Shown here piece by piece: positions 12,820 to 25,517 of a DNA stretch of 64,000 nucleotides. How positions within the stretch are numbered: the stretch's first letter is position 1; every line of letters starts with the position of its first letter. The notes under the pieces were generated by a model. It worked only from the letters and a program-made list of their open reading frames with translations, searched no databases and was not told the origin of the DNA. This DNA comes from Octopus vulgaris (taxonomy: Eukaryota), in NCBI GenBank assembly GCA_951406725.2, contig OX597829.1:37820001-37884000 (forward strand), read 5' to 3'. Position numbers and translations under genes: made by a program.

Positions 12820-13330
12820 GTCATTGTACTACAGCCTTTGATGGTGTATAACCTCGAGGTTTCGTTGATCAAATCAACTCCAATATATATTTTACATCAG
12901 ACACCTTATACTATTGGTCTCTTTTTTGCTGAACCACTAAGTTATGGGAGACATTAACAAACCAGTACTGCTGTCAAGCAGTGAGAAACAACTACACAAA
13001 CATACAGAGAGAGTTTACCAAAAAAACAAAAAACAAAGACAGGTGGTGTACAAAGCAAACAGATGTATTATTATAATGCTCAGGAATAGAAGAAGTCTTT
13101 TATGTTTCGAGCCTACGCTCTTCTACAGGAAGGGACACAGAAAAAACAAGGAGAGAAAAAAATGTGTATAGTGGCTAACGATCTATCATGGCACACACAT
13201 ACACTGTGGTTCAGCATAATTTCTGTCAGTCAGACATTCACTCACACAAACCTCAAGGCACACAACAGGGCTGAACCTAAAACCAACTGTTGATGAAGTA
13301 AACTTTATAACTAGACAGCAAAATTTCTAC
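12820..13330 (-). mobile_element. old SINE family A copy with nested hammerhead element
   Basis: Tail (ttgtttcagtcatt) and head (gaacctaaaacc) flank an insert at about 13010-13192. Confidence 0.65.
13097..13132 (-). ncRNA. minimal type I hammerhead-like motif (variant core CUGUAGA)
   Basis: Reverse complement cttc-CTGTAGA-a-GAGC-gtag-GCTC-GAAA-cat-a-aaag; same architecture as 32826-32860. Confidence 0.6.
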
Positions 13331-13589
13331 CTATGTATTCATTTATAAACCACAGTAGCAGACAAGTCAAAGAGGTAGATAAGTCACAATGATAGATAAA
13401 TCACGGCAATAGATAAGTCACACTGTGTTTATAATCTTTTGGTAGCAGTCTTTGACCCATACACAAATCACATGTTTCTCTCTACGAATAGTGTTTGCAA
13501 CACAGCTTGCAGTCACATTCAAATAATTAATACATTTAGCGGAAATAATCGCAATTATTGTTAATACAAGCTAACAAAGTCTTTGGAAC

Positions 13590-13937
13590 CACAGGTGTGG
13601 CTGTATTCTAAGAAGTTTGCTTCTCAACAATATGGTTCTGGGTTCAGTCCTACACCTAGGGCAAGTGTCTCATGCTATAGACACGGGTCGGGTAAAACCT
13701 GAGTGGATTTGGTAGACAGAAACTAAAAAAAATGGTGTGTGTTTATGTTTGTTTCCCACCATTACTTGACAACTGGTATTGGTTTGTTTACATAACTTAG
13801 GAAACGAAGCTGATACAATAAGTACTTGGCTTAACAAAAAAAACAAAAAAATAAAAGGGGTTGATTTGTTTGACTAAAATCCTTTAAGGCAGTTCTCCAA
13901 CATGGCCACAATCCACTAACTGAAACAAGTAAAAGAA
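13590..13937 (+). mobile_element. SINE family A, older copy
   Basis: caggtgtggctgt...gggttcagtcc...tgaaacaagtaaaag. Confidence 0.8.
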
Positions 13938-14226
13938 CCATAGCAATGTGTTTCAATGGTGCAACCATTGCTTTTAAATCATCATCATTCCTGGTTGGGT
14001 TGTAACATATGCCACATCAAATGAGCATTGCAGCCACTTCGTAGAGGCCAGTGTATATGCTTTGCACACATGAAAGGATTATCATCATCACCACCATTTA
14101 ACAGCCATTTTTCATGCTGGCACGGGCTGAACAGTCTAACAGGAGCTGGCAAGCTAGAGAGCTGCATCAGGCTCCAATTGTCTGTCCTGACATGGTTTCT
14201 ACAGTTGGATGGCCTTTATAATCCTT

Positions 14227-14612
14227 TCTGCTATAGGCACAAGGCCTGAAATCTCTGGGGAAGGGGTAAGTCAATAACATCGACCCCAATACTTAACTGG
14301 TACTTAATTTATTGACTCCAAAAGGATGAAAAGCAAAATCGACCTCGGCAGAATTTGAACTCAGAACGTAGCGGCAGATGAAATACCTATTTCTTTACTA
14401 ACCATGAGGGGCTAAACACAGAGAGGACAAACAAGGACAGACAAATGGATTAAGTCGATTATATCAACTCCAGTGCGTAACTGGTACTTATTTAATCGAC
14501 TCTGAAAGGATGAAAGGCAAAGTTGACCTCGGCGGAATTTGAACTCAGAACATAACAGCAGACGAAATACCGCTAAGCATTTCGCCTGGCATGCTAACAG
14601 TTCTGCCAGCTC
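14227..14612 (-). mobile_element. family B SINE dimer inserted in an RTE-type tail (14085-14670)
   Basis: Two consecutive aaaggatgaaa.gcaaa.tcgacctcggc.gaatttgaactcag units joined at gaaatacc|tatttc. Confidence 0.85.
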
Positions 14613-14907
14613 ACTTTACAGTGTACTGGGTGCTTTTTATATGGCACCAGCACAGGAACTTTTTACATGGCATCAGGTTGAGTATATAAATTCATGAGAT
14701 TGTGTTTGAATGAAAGGAACATTTACAAATTTTTTTTTTTTTTTTAAATCATATCATTCCTGGTTTCAGAAGTTCATAGAAATAATTAATGACAGCCTAG
14801 AGTCAATCACTTCTATCTAAACACTGATGTAATAATGCCAACCCATTGCTATTCATGTCTCTTGTATGCAACCCAGTCGAGGCATGGAACTTACAGCTAT
14901 TGTGAAG

Positions 14908-15355
14908 TGCAGGTGTGGCTGTGTGGTAAGAAGTTTGCTTCCCAACCAAATGGTTTCAGGTTCAGTCCTACTGTGTAGCATTTTGGGCAAGTGTCTTCAA
15001 ACAATAGACCTGAACTTACCAAAAACTTGTGAGTGAATCTGGTAAATGGAAGCTGAAAGAAGCCTCTATATATATGTATGTACATATATGTGCGTTTGTG
15101 TGCGTTACTGTCTCCTAATATTGACATCACATGATAGTTGTAAACGAGTATCATCATATTCATCACCATCATCGTCATTATGTGAGCAGTATACTTCATT
15201 ATTAATCTTCCATGAAAACATGTCTGGTCAAGGAGAAATATCACCTTATTTGGAAACAAGTGAAGGTTGGTGACAAGAAGGGCATCCAGCTATAGAAAAA
15301 CTGCCAAAACAAATTCTGCATGCAAGCGTGCAAATGTGGACATTAAAATGATGAT
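14908..15355 (+). mobile_element. SINE with family-A head and alternative RTE-type tail (family A2)
   Basis: Family-A head and microsatellite, then tgtctcc...ggaaacaagtgaaggttggtgacaagaagggcatccagc...ggacattaaaatgatga; other copies at about 27000-27610, 38997-39424(-), 50560-51180(-), 52760-53390(-), 60301-60688. Confidence 0.75.
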
Positions 15356-15737
15356 TCCTGCTGTTGATAACAATTCCTTTTTCATGTAATTCACATGGCC
15401 AAGTATATATCTTTCTCTAATTTCTCACATAGGGAAACAGTTCAGCATGCTTTATTTCTGGCATTTTCTTGGAATGTTTCTGTGCATCCATTAGTCTGTT
15501 ACTGATTTTCCCAACCACAAAACTCTCTGTCTCTCTCAAAGCTAATACTCCTCAGTATATTCTCCCATATTCTTCAGTATATTCAATAAAACACAACTCT
15601 CCCCAATCCCCCACCCCCCCAAAATCACAACTTCATGTTCTGGTATTATAATAAGCAAGTAATTTAGTATTTTTCCTATTACTTTTTGTTTTTACCATCA
15701 GAAATAGAAATAATTTTTTTAAATCTTTTGCCAATTT

Positions 15738-15895
15738 GCAGGAGTGGATGTGTAGTTAGTAACTTGTTTACCAACCACATGGTTCCAGATTCATTCCCAC
15801 TGCGTGGCACCTTGGGCAAGTGTCTTCTACTATAGCCTCGGGCCTACCAAAGCCTTCTGAGTGGATTTGGTAGACGGAAACTGAAAGAAGCCCGT

Positions 15896-15935
<40 letters not shown>

Positions 15936-16153
15936 ATATGTGTGTGTGTGTATGTTTATGTGTCTGTGTTTGTCCCCCCAATATAGCTTGACAACCAATG
16001 CTGATGTGTTTACGTCCCCGTAACTTAGTGGTTCGGCAAAAAGAGACCAATAGAATAAGTACTAAACTTCAAAGAATAAGTCCTGGGGTCGATTTGCTCG
16101 ACTGAAGGCGGTGCTCCAGCATGGCCACAGTCAAATGACAAACAAGTAAAAGA
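15738..16153 (+). mobile_element. SINE family A
   Basis: Full head-microsatellite-tail organisation. Confidence 0.9.
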
Positions 16154-16353
16154 ATATACAGACAAAAAGTTAGAGATATGACCAATGTAGCATGGATATG
16201 ATCATAGATACATTTGTTTTGTTGCAGGGTCTAATTCTGCTTAAGCAGAAGTTTGTTTCCATGTGTGACATCATCAACATCTATCTGTTTACAATGATGA
16301 TATTCATCCAGACCCAGTATATGACCAGCTCCTAAGAAATGATTATTTGCTGC

Positions 16354-16392
<39 letters not shown>

Positions 16393-17094
16393 TACACATG
16401 CATGCACACTGTTGATTTCATGCTTAGAACAACGTTTTGTGGTTATGTCACACGTGGTGCTCCTTTTTGTGATTAAAAAGAGAAGTCACTTATCTATGAA
16501 AGTAATTACGGTGGGTTTAATGAGCATTTAAGAAACTACTCATGTTAACAACATTATTCGTTATGGAATGAACAAATGAGATATAATTGTGTAACCTAAG
16601 TTAATGATAGACAAGGCAACTTCAATTTCTAGACCAGCAAGCTTTATGAGACACTGGTTATCATAATTTGGGCTTTTCCACCAAAATAAAAATCCTGTAA
16701 ATACTGTGCATAGTGCTAAGTATATCTTAGATCAGACTAAGTAATTTGTAAAAATACATTAAATCAGATATAACGATTATGTTACAAAAATTTTAGTCAA
16801 AAATTATGATGTTACATTCCAAATGTCATGAAATTCCATGTGCAGATCAAATGTTGCAAGTTGCCTCTGCCTGGTCTACAAGAATACAATTATGAGTAAC
16901 ATGACCTGGATCTAAAGTTAAATTAATGATGAAATAAGATAGACAGATAAAAAGCTAATAGGTAAACAATTACCTGCTAAATTTAAACCATACTTGTTAT
17001 TTTGTTGCTTGTTTCAGTCACTGGACTGCAGGTATGGCGGAGTAGCACCTTGATGGGTTTTAGCTGATTATATTGACAGCAGTACTTTGTTACC

Positions 17095-17210
17095 TATTTC
17101 ATTGTTCTAAAAGGGTGCTTTGTTACAGATTTCATTGTTCTAAAAGGGTTCTTTGTTACAGATTTCATTGTTTTAAAAGGGTTCTTTGTTACAGATTTCA
17201 TTGTTCTACA
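17095..17210 (+). repeat. 33-bp minisatellite, about 3.5 copies
   Basis: atttcattgttctaaaagggt(g/t)ctttgttacag units. Confidence 0.85.
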
Positions 17211-17696
17211 ATAGCAAAACAGGGGTTGTGACAGCAGGGGAAATAATTCAATTGATCATTCATATTGTAGGGTATTTCTGTCCAATTGTATTGGTTCCAA
17301 TGCAAGGCTGACAACACACCCACACCCACACCAGGCTTCCTTACAATCTCCTCCATTAAAGTCTCATTAACAAAGTATCGGTCAATTCAAAGTTATGCTA
17401 TAAGATACTTGCCAAAGGTGTCATGTATGGAGATCAAATCCACAAACTTGTGGTTGTTGTGTTGCAAATCTTTTAACTGCACAGCCAATGCATGTACCCA
17501 TGAACAATCAATCAAACTATAATTTATCAAGTTCCTCACACAATTCAGTCCCATTGCAAGGCACCTTGGGCAAATGTCTCTGGGCTGACCAAAACATTGT
17601 GAATGGATTTGCTAGACAGAAACTGAAAGAAGTCCATTGTGCATGTATGTTTATGTATATATATATAAATACACACACACACAATATATTTATACA

Positions 17697-18610
17697 TCAC
17701 TATCATCATTTAATATCCACTTTCCATGCCTGCATGGGTTGAACAGTTTGACTGAGGACTGGCAAAGCAGGAGGTTGCATCAGGTTCCAATCTGCTCTGG
17801 CAAGGTTTCTACAGCTGGCTGCCCTTCCTAACACCAATCACTCCAAGAGGATAGTGGGTGCTTTTTATGTGCCACTAGCACTAGCATTGACCATGCTCGA
17901 ATAGTGCTTTTTACATGCCACCAGCACGGGTGTCAGTCAGGCAGCACTGGCATCAACCACATTTGAGTGGTGCTTTTTACGTGCCACTGGCATCAGCCAC
18001 TACTACAATTTCACTTGACTCAACAGGTCTTCTCAAGCACAGTATATTGCTTGATGATTGAAGGGTACTTTTAAATGGGCTGGTTATGCAACACTGACAT
18101 CAGCCACGGCTACAATCTCACTTGGCTTGTCAGGTCTTCTCAAGCACAGTGTATCTCCAAAAGTCTCGTTTGCAGTGTATCTCCAAAAGTCATTGTCTCT
18201 GTAAGGCCCAACGTTTGAAGGTTGTGATTCACCACCCCATCTTATGTCTTTCTAAGTCTACCTCTTCCACAGGTTCCCTCCACTGTTAGGGTGTCACACT
18301 TCTTCACACAGCTGTCCTCATCCATATGCAACACATGAGCATACCAGCACAGTCATCTCTCTTGCACAACACATCTGATGCTTCTTAGGTCCAACTTTTC
18401 TCTCAAGGCACTTACACTGTCATTTATGCACACTGACATTATACAGGTCTTCAGCAGTCACAGCCCATGTTTCACTGCCATGTAGCATGGCTGTTCGCAC
18501 ACATGCATCTTACAGTCTACCATTCACTTTGTGTGAGAGGCCCTTTGTTATCAACAGAAGTAGGAGCTCTCTGAGCTTTGCCCAGGCTATTCTTATTCTA
18601 GCAGCTACCC
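17697..18610 (-). mobile_element. 5'-truncated RTE-clade LINE (RT C-terminus plus 3' UTR)
   Basis: Minus strand reads AARIRIAWAKLRELL...GRL*DACVRTAMLHGSETWAVTAEDL; 3' UTR with gtggcac.taaaaagcac units and (ATG)n end. Confidence 0.85.
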
Positions 18611-18949
18611 CCAATGATTGAGAATTGGTATTAGTTTATGTTTCAGTAACTTAGCAGTTCAGCAAAGAGACTAATAAAATAAGTAACAGACTTAGAGTAA
18701 AAATAAGTATTAGGGTCAGTTTGTTCAACTAAAACCCTCCTAGATGGGACTTATCCTTCTGCCACGCAATTTATATTGAAACTACAACAGTAAACCAAAT
18801 GTAAGAAAATTTATGCCTGTTTCTTTCCTTCCACCTGCTCCCAATCATCATTTACTCAATATCCCATCTCCTTCATTTTGAAATAGTAACTTCTAACATG
18901 TAAATGTTTTCTGAGATGTTTTTAAGGTAATTTATGGAGGTAATGAAGT

Positions 18950-19900
18950 CTATGGTTGACAAGAATGCAGATTAGAATTGAAATTTCTCTTCAATGCAAC
19001 CAGATATGATACCATTTTGGCTCTGATGTTACATTTGCCAACTTATAAAAGGCTTCTATGATAAAAAAAAAAAGAAGAAAACAAACTTGCATGCACTTTT
19101 GTAGTCAATGGTGAGATGATGAAGTGTGAAAGGTGATTAGATTAGATAATGAAGCGAATGGAGGTAAGGTTGTGCCCTGTAGAGGACTTAAGTGATCTCA
19201 AAGCTTTTCATTTGATCTTAGTCCTTAGGTAAACATACAGGTAGTGAAGAAAATGTCCTTAAGAACCTACCTATGCTAATGACCTATTTCTCACTACATA
19301 AACTGTCAAAGTAAATAAATAAATGAAAACAGCAGAAGTTAAAAGTGTGGAGGTATGTGTGGGCTTAAGAGAAAACATTTTGAAGTGACACTGTCAAGGT
19401 AAAAAAAAAACATATTAAGCAGGGTCCACAAAATCCAAATAGTGTCAATTAATTGGCATTGCTCGGTATGCAGCAAGTGATTAGGCAGTAATTCAATACT
19501 GTGTAGTCAGTGCAAACAGTCACTATGGGAACCAGGACTTTAAAACGAACCAGATACACTAGAACAAATATGAGCTAAAGACTATGTTTTGCATGGATTG
19601 TTCACTGGAATTAGGACAGAAGTTCTGTTACATAGGTGACATAATCAATACTTGTTGGTGGTGGAGGAGCCGGTGATATTGTAGAGATGAACTGGATTAG
19701 AGAAGAATGGGAAATAAAAGTATACAGGTGAACTGATAAAGAATGCTTAACAAAAAAAAAAGCTTTACCTCTTAGTTTGAAAAGAGGAATATACAAGACT
19801 TATGCTGATATATTGCTGTGAATGTACAAAAAATGAATCCAGTCTTGTCTGTATAACTCTAATTTGAGAGAGGGAACAAGGGAAAATCTGGGAATAGTTC
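18950..19900 (+). mobile_element. highly decayed RTE-like LINE
   Basis: Residual KFCYIGDII motif near 19620 and purine-rich coding-like sequence. Confidence 0.4.
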
Positions 19901-20194
19901 AATTAAGAAAAAGACTTATCATAGCATTCACATTCTTTTTATGATTTTGACTGATTTCATAACTAGTTTCATATCAAACAGATGATTCACTCAGTAACTA
20001 CTCTGAGTTTCTCTCTCATGTGATCATTCAAATAACTTACAAATATGGTTGTGTGTGTGTGTTTGCGTGTGCATGTGTGTATGCATTTGCGTGTAAATAT
20101 CCGCATAAATCTGTGTACCTGTGTGCACATGCATTTACTTGTGTATAATTTTGCAAAAGGCGCTGTATAGTTCTTGGTTTCAAGAATGGCATCT

Positions 20195-20404
20195 TATTTC
20201 TTTACTGTCTACAAGGAGCTACACACAGAGGGGACAAACGGATCAAGTCGATTATAACGACCCCAGTGTGTAACTGGTACTTATTTAATCGCCCCTGAAA
20301 GGATGAAAGGCAAAGTCGACCTCGGCGGAATTTGAACTCAGGACGTAGCAGCAGACGAAATACCACTAAGCATTTTGCCCGGCATGCTAACGTTTCTGCC
20401 AGCT
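20195..20404 (-). mobile_element. SINE family B
   Basis: aaggatgaaaggcaaagtcgacctcggcggaatttgaactc...tttctgccagctc. Confidence 0.9.
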
Positions 20405-20665
20405 CTTACTAAACATACAATCAAAATACAAACCATCAAGGACATCCAAAATGATCCAACCAACCTATTCCAGAATGCAAAGCAGTCATATATACATACA
20501 ACTTTCTTCAATTTTATGATAAGATGATTTTATGCCAAATTCTGTTCATTGCATGCAACCGGTTATTATAAAGACCGTTTGTTGAAAGGACCAATTTCCA
20601 AATGTATATCCATTAAACTAATTGTATGTGCTTACTTATAACCTTATTTTTGTTCTATTCTAAAC

Positions 20666-20711
20666 AAAACTGTCCAACGAACAGGAATGGGAAACTCTGA
20701 GCAACAGTTTT
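20666..20711 (+). ncRNA. degenerate minimal type I hammerhead in a short element ending at a (TA/CA)n tract
   Basis: Helix I aaaactgt/acagtttt (8 bp); core ccaacga (versus CUGANGA); short helix II; GAAA; helix III ctc-t-gag; cleavage triplet mutated (GCA). Confidence 0.5.
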
Positions 20712-20793
20712 TGTGATGTTTTCGCTGCTTTTTAATGAAGTATACATACATACATACATATATATATATATACATACATATATACACATATAT

Positions 20794-20844
<51 letters not shown>

Positions 20845-20877
20845 TATACACACACACATATATATACATATATATAG

Positions 20878-21070
20878 TTAATCCAAACACGAACAAAGAG
20901 AAAACACAACACGAGGACATGGAACAAGTATAGTGTTATTGGACACTAAGGAAAGAAAGAAGGAGGATTTAACATATTGAGCAGAACTCTTCGTTAGAAA
21001 TAAAGGAAAAGGAAAGGTCCAAGGAAGGGAAGATGGAGAAAGAAAATCGCCAACGATTCACAGTCATATT
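20878..21070 (-). mobile_element. short PLE-type element with decayed hammerhead; homolog of 32740-32941
   Basis: Reverse complement aligns end to end with 32760-32941; motif here is tttctaacgaagagttctgctcaatatgttaaat. Confidence 0.75.
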
Positions 21071-21108
21071 TACATATACATACATCAACGATAATGATAT
21101 ATATATAT

Positions 21109-21139
<31 letters not shown>

Positions 21140-21140
<1 letters not shown>

Positions 21141-21538
21141 TCTCTTTTAGTTGTTTCAGTCATTTGACTGTGGCCATGTTGGAGCACCGCCTTCAGTCGA
21201 GGAAATCGACCCCAGGATTTATTCTTTGGAAGCCTAGTACTTATTCTATCAGTCTCTTTTGCCGAACCCCTAAGTTACGGGAATGCAAACACACCAGCAT
21301 CGGTTGTCAAGCAATGTTGGTGGGGACAAACACAGACACACAAACATAGATATATATATATATATACATATATATGACAGGCTTCTTTCCGTTTCCATCT
21401 ACCAAATCCACTCACAAGTCTTTAGTCGGCCCGAGGCTATAGTAGGAGACACTTGCCCAAGGTTCCACGCAGTGGGACTGAACCCAGAACCATGTGGTTT
21501 GTAAGCAAGCTACTTAGCACACAGCCAATCCTACGCCT
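21140..21538 (-). mobile_element. SINE family A
   Basis: Full-length reverse copy. Confidence 0.9.
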
Positions 21539-22307
21539 ATATATATATATATATATGCATACATTTGAACCAAATCATTAGTTTGAGGATATTTTCCTTC
21601 CTTCACCACACCTAATAGTTTTAGTGGCCCCACAAAGGTTCACGAGTACTACCTTCTTGCCTCACTAAATGACAAAAGATAGACACACATACACCCACAT
21701 CTGTCTATCAAACTCTACTCAATAACCCTTTAGCATTTAAATTGGCCATAACCAACATAAATACTTCACCTCTTTTATGTTCAAACTGGCCTCATCTGGC
21801 TCCTTGTACCTACCCTACAATGTCATTCTAAAAATTAAAAAAATCTGCATCACTGAAATCCCAATGCAACTAGAATAATGCATGATTAATTCAAAACAAT
21901 GTGAATAAATAAGCTTTACATGTGGATGGAGTAATCTGAAAGCTAAAACGTTTATCAACCCAAGACTTAAGTAGAAAACACATGTTCAAAGTCCAACACA
22001 GTAGGGTAGCCATGTGGCTACCAAACAAACTACTTAACGAAACAGCATTATCACTGTCTATGCAAGAGAAATAAATATGTTGTCTATATTCAGGAGATGT
22101 ATAAAACACAGAGTTGGAGGAATGTGGGAGGTAACGATACACAGATTAGTTGTAAACCAAGAATTATACATCATGTAATGAGTTGACACAGGTCGACACA
22201 CGACAGAAAAACTGACCCCCACATGAAATCACTAATACAAGGTATAAGACAAGCTGCTATATTTTAGCACAAGGCAGCATGGAGTAATTGATGTTAATAG
22301 AAAATTG

Positions 22308-22724
22308 GGATCTTTTCGGTTTGAATGGCAGTTTTTTTCTAGCGGTGTCATATGAAATTGTCACCCTAATTATGACCCTAGTATCGATCTATTGCATTTC
22401 AATCTGTTTTAGGGTTAGGGTTAGAGGTGGGAGGAAGGGTATCTTTTTTTCTTCACAAATGTAAATAAACCCAATCTGTTTCTTAAACGAAGGACATATT
22501 CATACGGCACAGAATGTTTTCACCTCAATAGACGTCAGTGATTGGTTGAAATTGCAGAAATTGAAGAAAAAAAAACAACAAATATCTTACAAAGTATAGA
22601 ATTTTCTCAATAAAGCCAAGAGAAAAAGATGTTTTATAAACACATTCTACCAGTATACGAAGTTTAAAATTTTTTAGTTACCTAGAAATTATGTTAAAAA
22701 TTGCCGTTCAAACCGAAAAAATCC
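22308..22724. mobile_element. MITE with about 29-bp TIRs and an 8-bp TSD (Merlin-like)
   Basis: TIRs ggatcttttcggtttgaatggcagttttt / aaaaattgccgttcaaaccgaaaaaatcc; flanks gaaaattg / aaaaattg (7 of 8 match); GG termini. Superfamily is inferred. Confidence 0.8.
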
Positions 22725-23319
22725 AAAAATTGCTATTGTTACTAGTAGTGGTGGTTGTGTTGTTGTTGTAGATGGTGGTGATGATGCTGATGACGATGAT
22801 GAAAACTGATAGTCCAAGTCAAAAGAATTCAATATATTATTAGCATAATCACAAGGCAATGTAGAAAAAAAATTCTTCTTCTTTGGACAGAGGCACCTGT
22901 AATGGCCAAATATACTGCAGATGTTGCCTTGCTAAACTGTGGAATTTTGTAATACAAAACTTTTATTTTCCCTATTAACTTCTAAGTTACACACATCTTG
23001 CACTACAGAACTCCATATCAACCCTTTTCCATTTAAACTGGTTGTACCCAGTTTAAATATTTACCTGTTTTGTGTTGAATGCACCCAAATCTGGCCCCTC
23101 ACATATCTACCATACACTAAACAATCATTCCATCAAAGTTACAAATCTCAAAGTTACAAGATTAACTGAAAATAATGTGAACTGCTAGAGTAAGCTGAAT
23201 GCTAAAGGGTTAAAATGAAGCTTTTCATGAATGCAATGCTGTCTGTAAAGTGGGCGATGCCTGTACAAACAAAAACTTAATGTTATTTATCAATCCCAGT
23301 GTTGACAAGGTGAACTTAA

Positions 23320-23540
23320 CCCTTTCATTACTGCATTTATTTTGAGATGCTTTGTGTTTCTCTCAATTATTTTAAATATAAGAAAGAATTTAGTAAAATA
23401 ACTTAGTTATCATTAAGCTAGTGTTAGGAACATAAATTGTGACTAAGGTTTGGTGGGAGATTTTAATTCAAAACTTATGAAAACAAGACATTTGTACTAC
23501 AGAGCCAGAGCCGGTTTCAGCCGGGTTGGTAACGAAAGGG
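23320..23540. mobile_element. piggyBac-like MITE, family 1
   Basis: TTAA|CCCTTTCATTAC...GTAACGAAAGGG|TTAA. Confidence 0.9.
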
Positions 23541-23698
23541 TTAAGCAGGACTTCAGTTGAAAATCCAAAGGGAAATAAAGCAAGCCTCAAGACAGGCATA
23601 TCACTGTATCAACTTGTGTGTAATGTAAGAAATTTAGTTCCAGGATAATAATTTTGGGGCAAATAAAAGAAAAAAAGGGATAAAAGATATTTAATGAA

Positions 23699-24135
23699 TC
23701 TCTTATTATAAAAGGCAGATTTTATCTGCCTCCCTTTGGGAGTTATACAAATCTACAATATAGGATTTCTTCAATTACAATTTACCTAGCATTTTTGAGA
23801 GTACAATGCATCACGTCATGCCAGGTCCAGTTTTTAAAATTTAAACTCCAATTAAGCAAAATTTACAGAAAACTCACATTCTGGTGTGTGTGTCAAATGC
23901 TTTTCTTAGTCTGGTTTACACCACACGCAAACGCACACACACAGTGGGCAACGAATAAATTGAAAGTAAATAGCGACAGAGTGATTTGAGGAAGACTAAA
24001 CTGAAAGTATTCTGTCTATGACGCTGATAGATACATGAGTAAAATGTATGGGAAGCTAAGAGCTAAGAGTGAGTGAAAATGTTCTTGGAAGAGAGTAAAT
24101 AGCGAGAGAGAGAGTGATTTGACGAAGACTTTACA
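23699..24135 (+). mobile_element. probable Helitron 5' portion (3' end not seen)
   Basis: Starts a|TCTCTTATTATAAAAGGCAG, like the other Helitron 5' ends here; internal gagtgatttga.gaagact repeats. Confidence 0.45.
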
Positions 24136-24207
24136 TTAAATAACCGTAGTGGCTTGTGTTAGTAATAAAGTAAACATACACTCATACACATACATACATA
24201 CATACAT

Positions 24208-24244
<37 letters not shown>

Positions 24245-24499
24245 TACATACATACATACATACATACATACATACATACATACATACATACATACACACA
24301 CACACATACACACACACAGTATTGAAGCTTGAGAACAATCAGATACATTTGCAACACATCTGTTAAAAATATTATTGTTCACACACATACATATACATAT
24401 ATACATACAGACAGACAGACAGATAGACACACACACACACACACATGATCCAGCATGGCCACAACCTCAAGGCTGAAACATATAAAAGAATAACAGAAT

Positions 24500-24864
24500 A
24501 TAAATGTGTGCAAAGTACAAGAAATATTAATGCAGTATATGGGGATTGGACAATAAGCGTAAGGCAGTGTCAATGGTGGTTCCAGAAATCCCGAGCCATA
24601 AACTACAGCCTAGAAGACGAGCCTCATCCTGAAAGATCTGTAGAACTCGACAAGGACATCCTGAAAACCCTGGTGGAACAAAATCTCATCGTAACTGTTG
24701 AGGAACTAGCAGAGAAGCTTGGATTTGGTCATTCAACCATTCATTGAGACCTGTGTGCTATCGGAAAAGTCAGCAAATTGGGTCAATGGGTTCCTCACGA
24801 ACTTTCCGAGTCTAATTGCATGCAGAGAGTGAATGTATGCTTTTCTTTGCTGTCACATCTCACC
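24500..24864 (+). pseudogene. mariner (Tc1/mariner) transposase N-terminal remnant
   Basis: RNINAVYG..TISVRQCQWWFQK...SLEDEPHPER...TVEELAEKLG, then GQWVPHELSE (WVPHEL linker motif). Confidence 0.9.
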
Positions 24865-24882
24865 ACTACTGCGCTATGTATA

Positions 24883-25517
24883 TCTATATATATAAAACTG
24901 TAGTTGTGTGAGTGTCTGTCCCCTTCGATTTAGATTCCTAACTACTCCCACATTTTGCGGTGCAGTTTAACCAAATTCAGGTAGCTTATAGTCGTGATTC
25001 ATATCGAGCCCGTCTGAATATTAGCGCGCGTCTACGATGAGTCTACGATTTTAAAAATAATTTAACATCATTTTTTATTCCATTTTAATGCATAATTTTT
25101 CGTGTGTCGATGGCGGCAGAGTTGGCGTCCACGCTCACACCTGCACCTGTGGGGAAGGGAGTGTAAGGAAATCAACGTCGTAATGCGTTGTCAAGGAGAC
25201 CAGTGTTCTTTTAGAACAACGACTTCATGGCTTGAAGACACCAAAACAGAAATGGCTAAGAAAGCGTCTACATGAGTCTACGATTTAAAAAAAATTTACC
25301 ATCGTTTTTTTTCCATTTTAATGCATTTTTTCGCTATTATATAAGGGAAGTAACTCTCTAAAAATGTCTACGATGAGTCAACGATTTTAAAAAAATTTAC
25401 CATCATATTTTTTCCATTTTTAATGCATTTTTTGCTATTTTTTGGCTATAACTCTCTAAAAATGCTTATATAGTTATTTCCCTTACAAACCCGAGCAACG
25501 CCGGGCGATACTGCTAG
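24883..25517 (+). mobile_element. non-autonomous Helitron, complete
   Basis: a|TCTATATATATAAAA 5' end; 3' hairpin cccgagcaacgccggg then CTAG|t; three internal gtctacgatgagtc repeats. Confidence 0.88.

Noticed and set aside
16228-16335. Possible exon after tttgttttgttgcag
   Set aside because: No convincing donor, peptide unrecognised, equally open on the opposite strand
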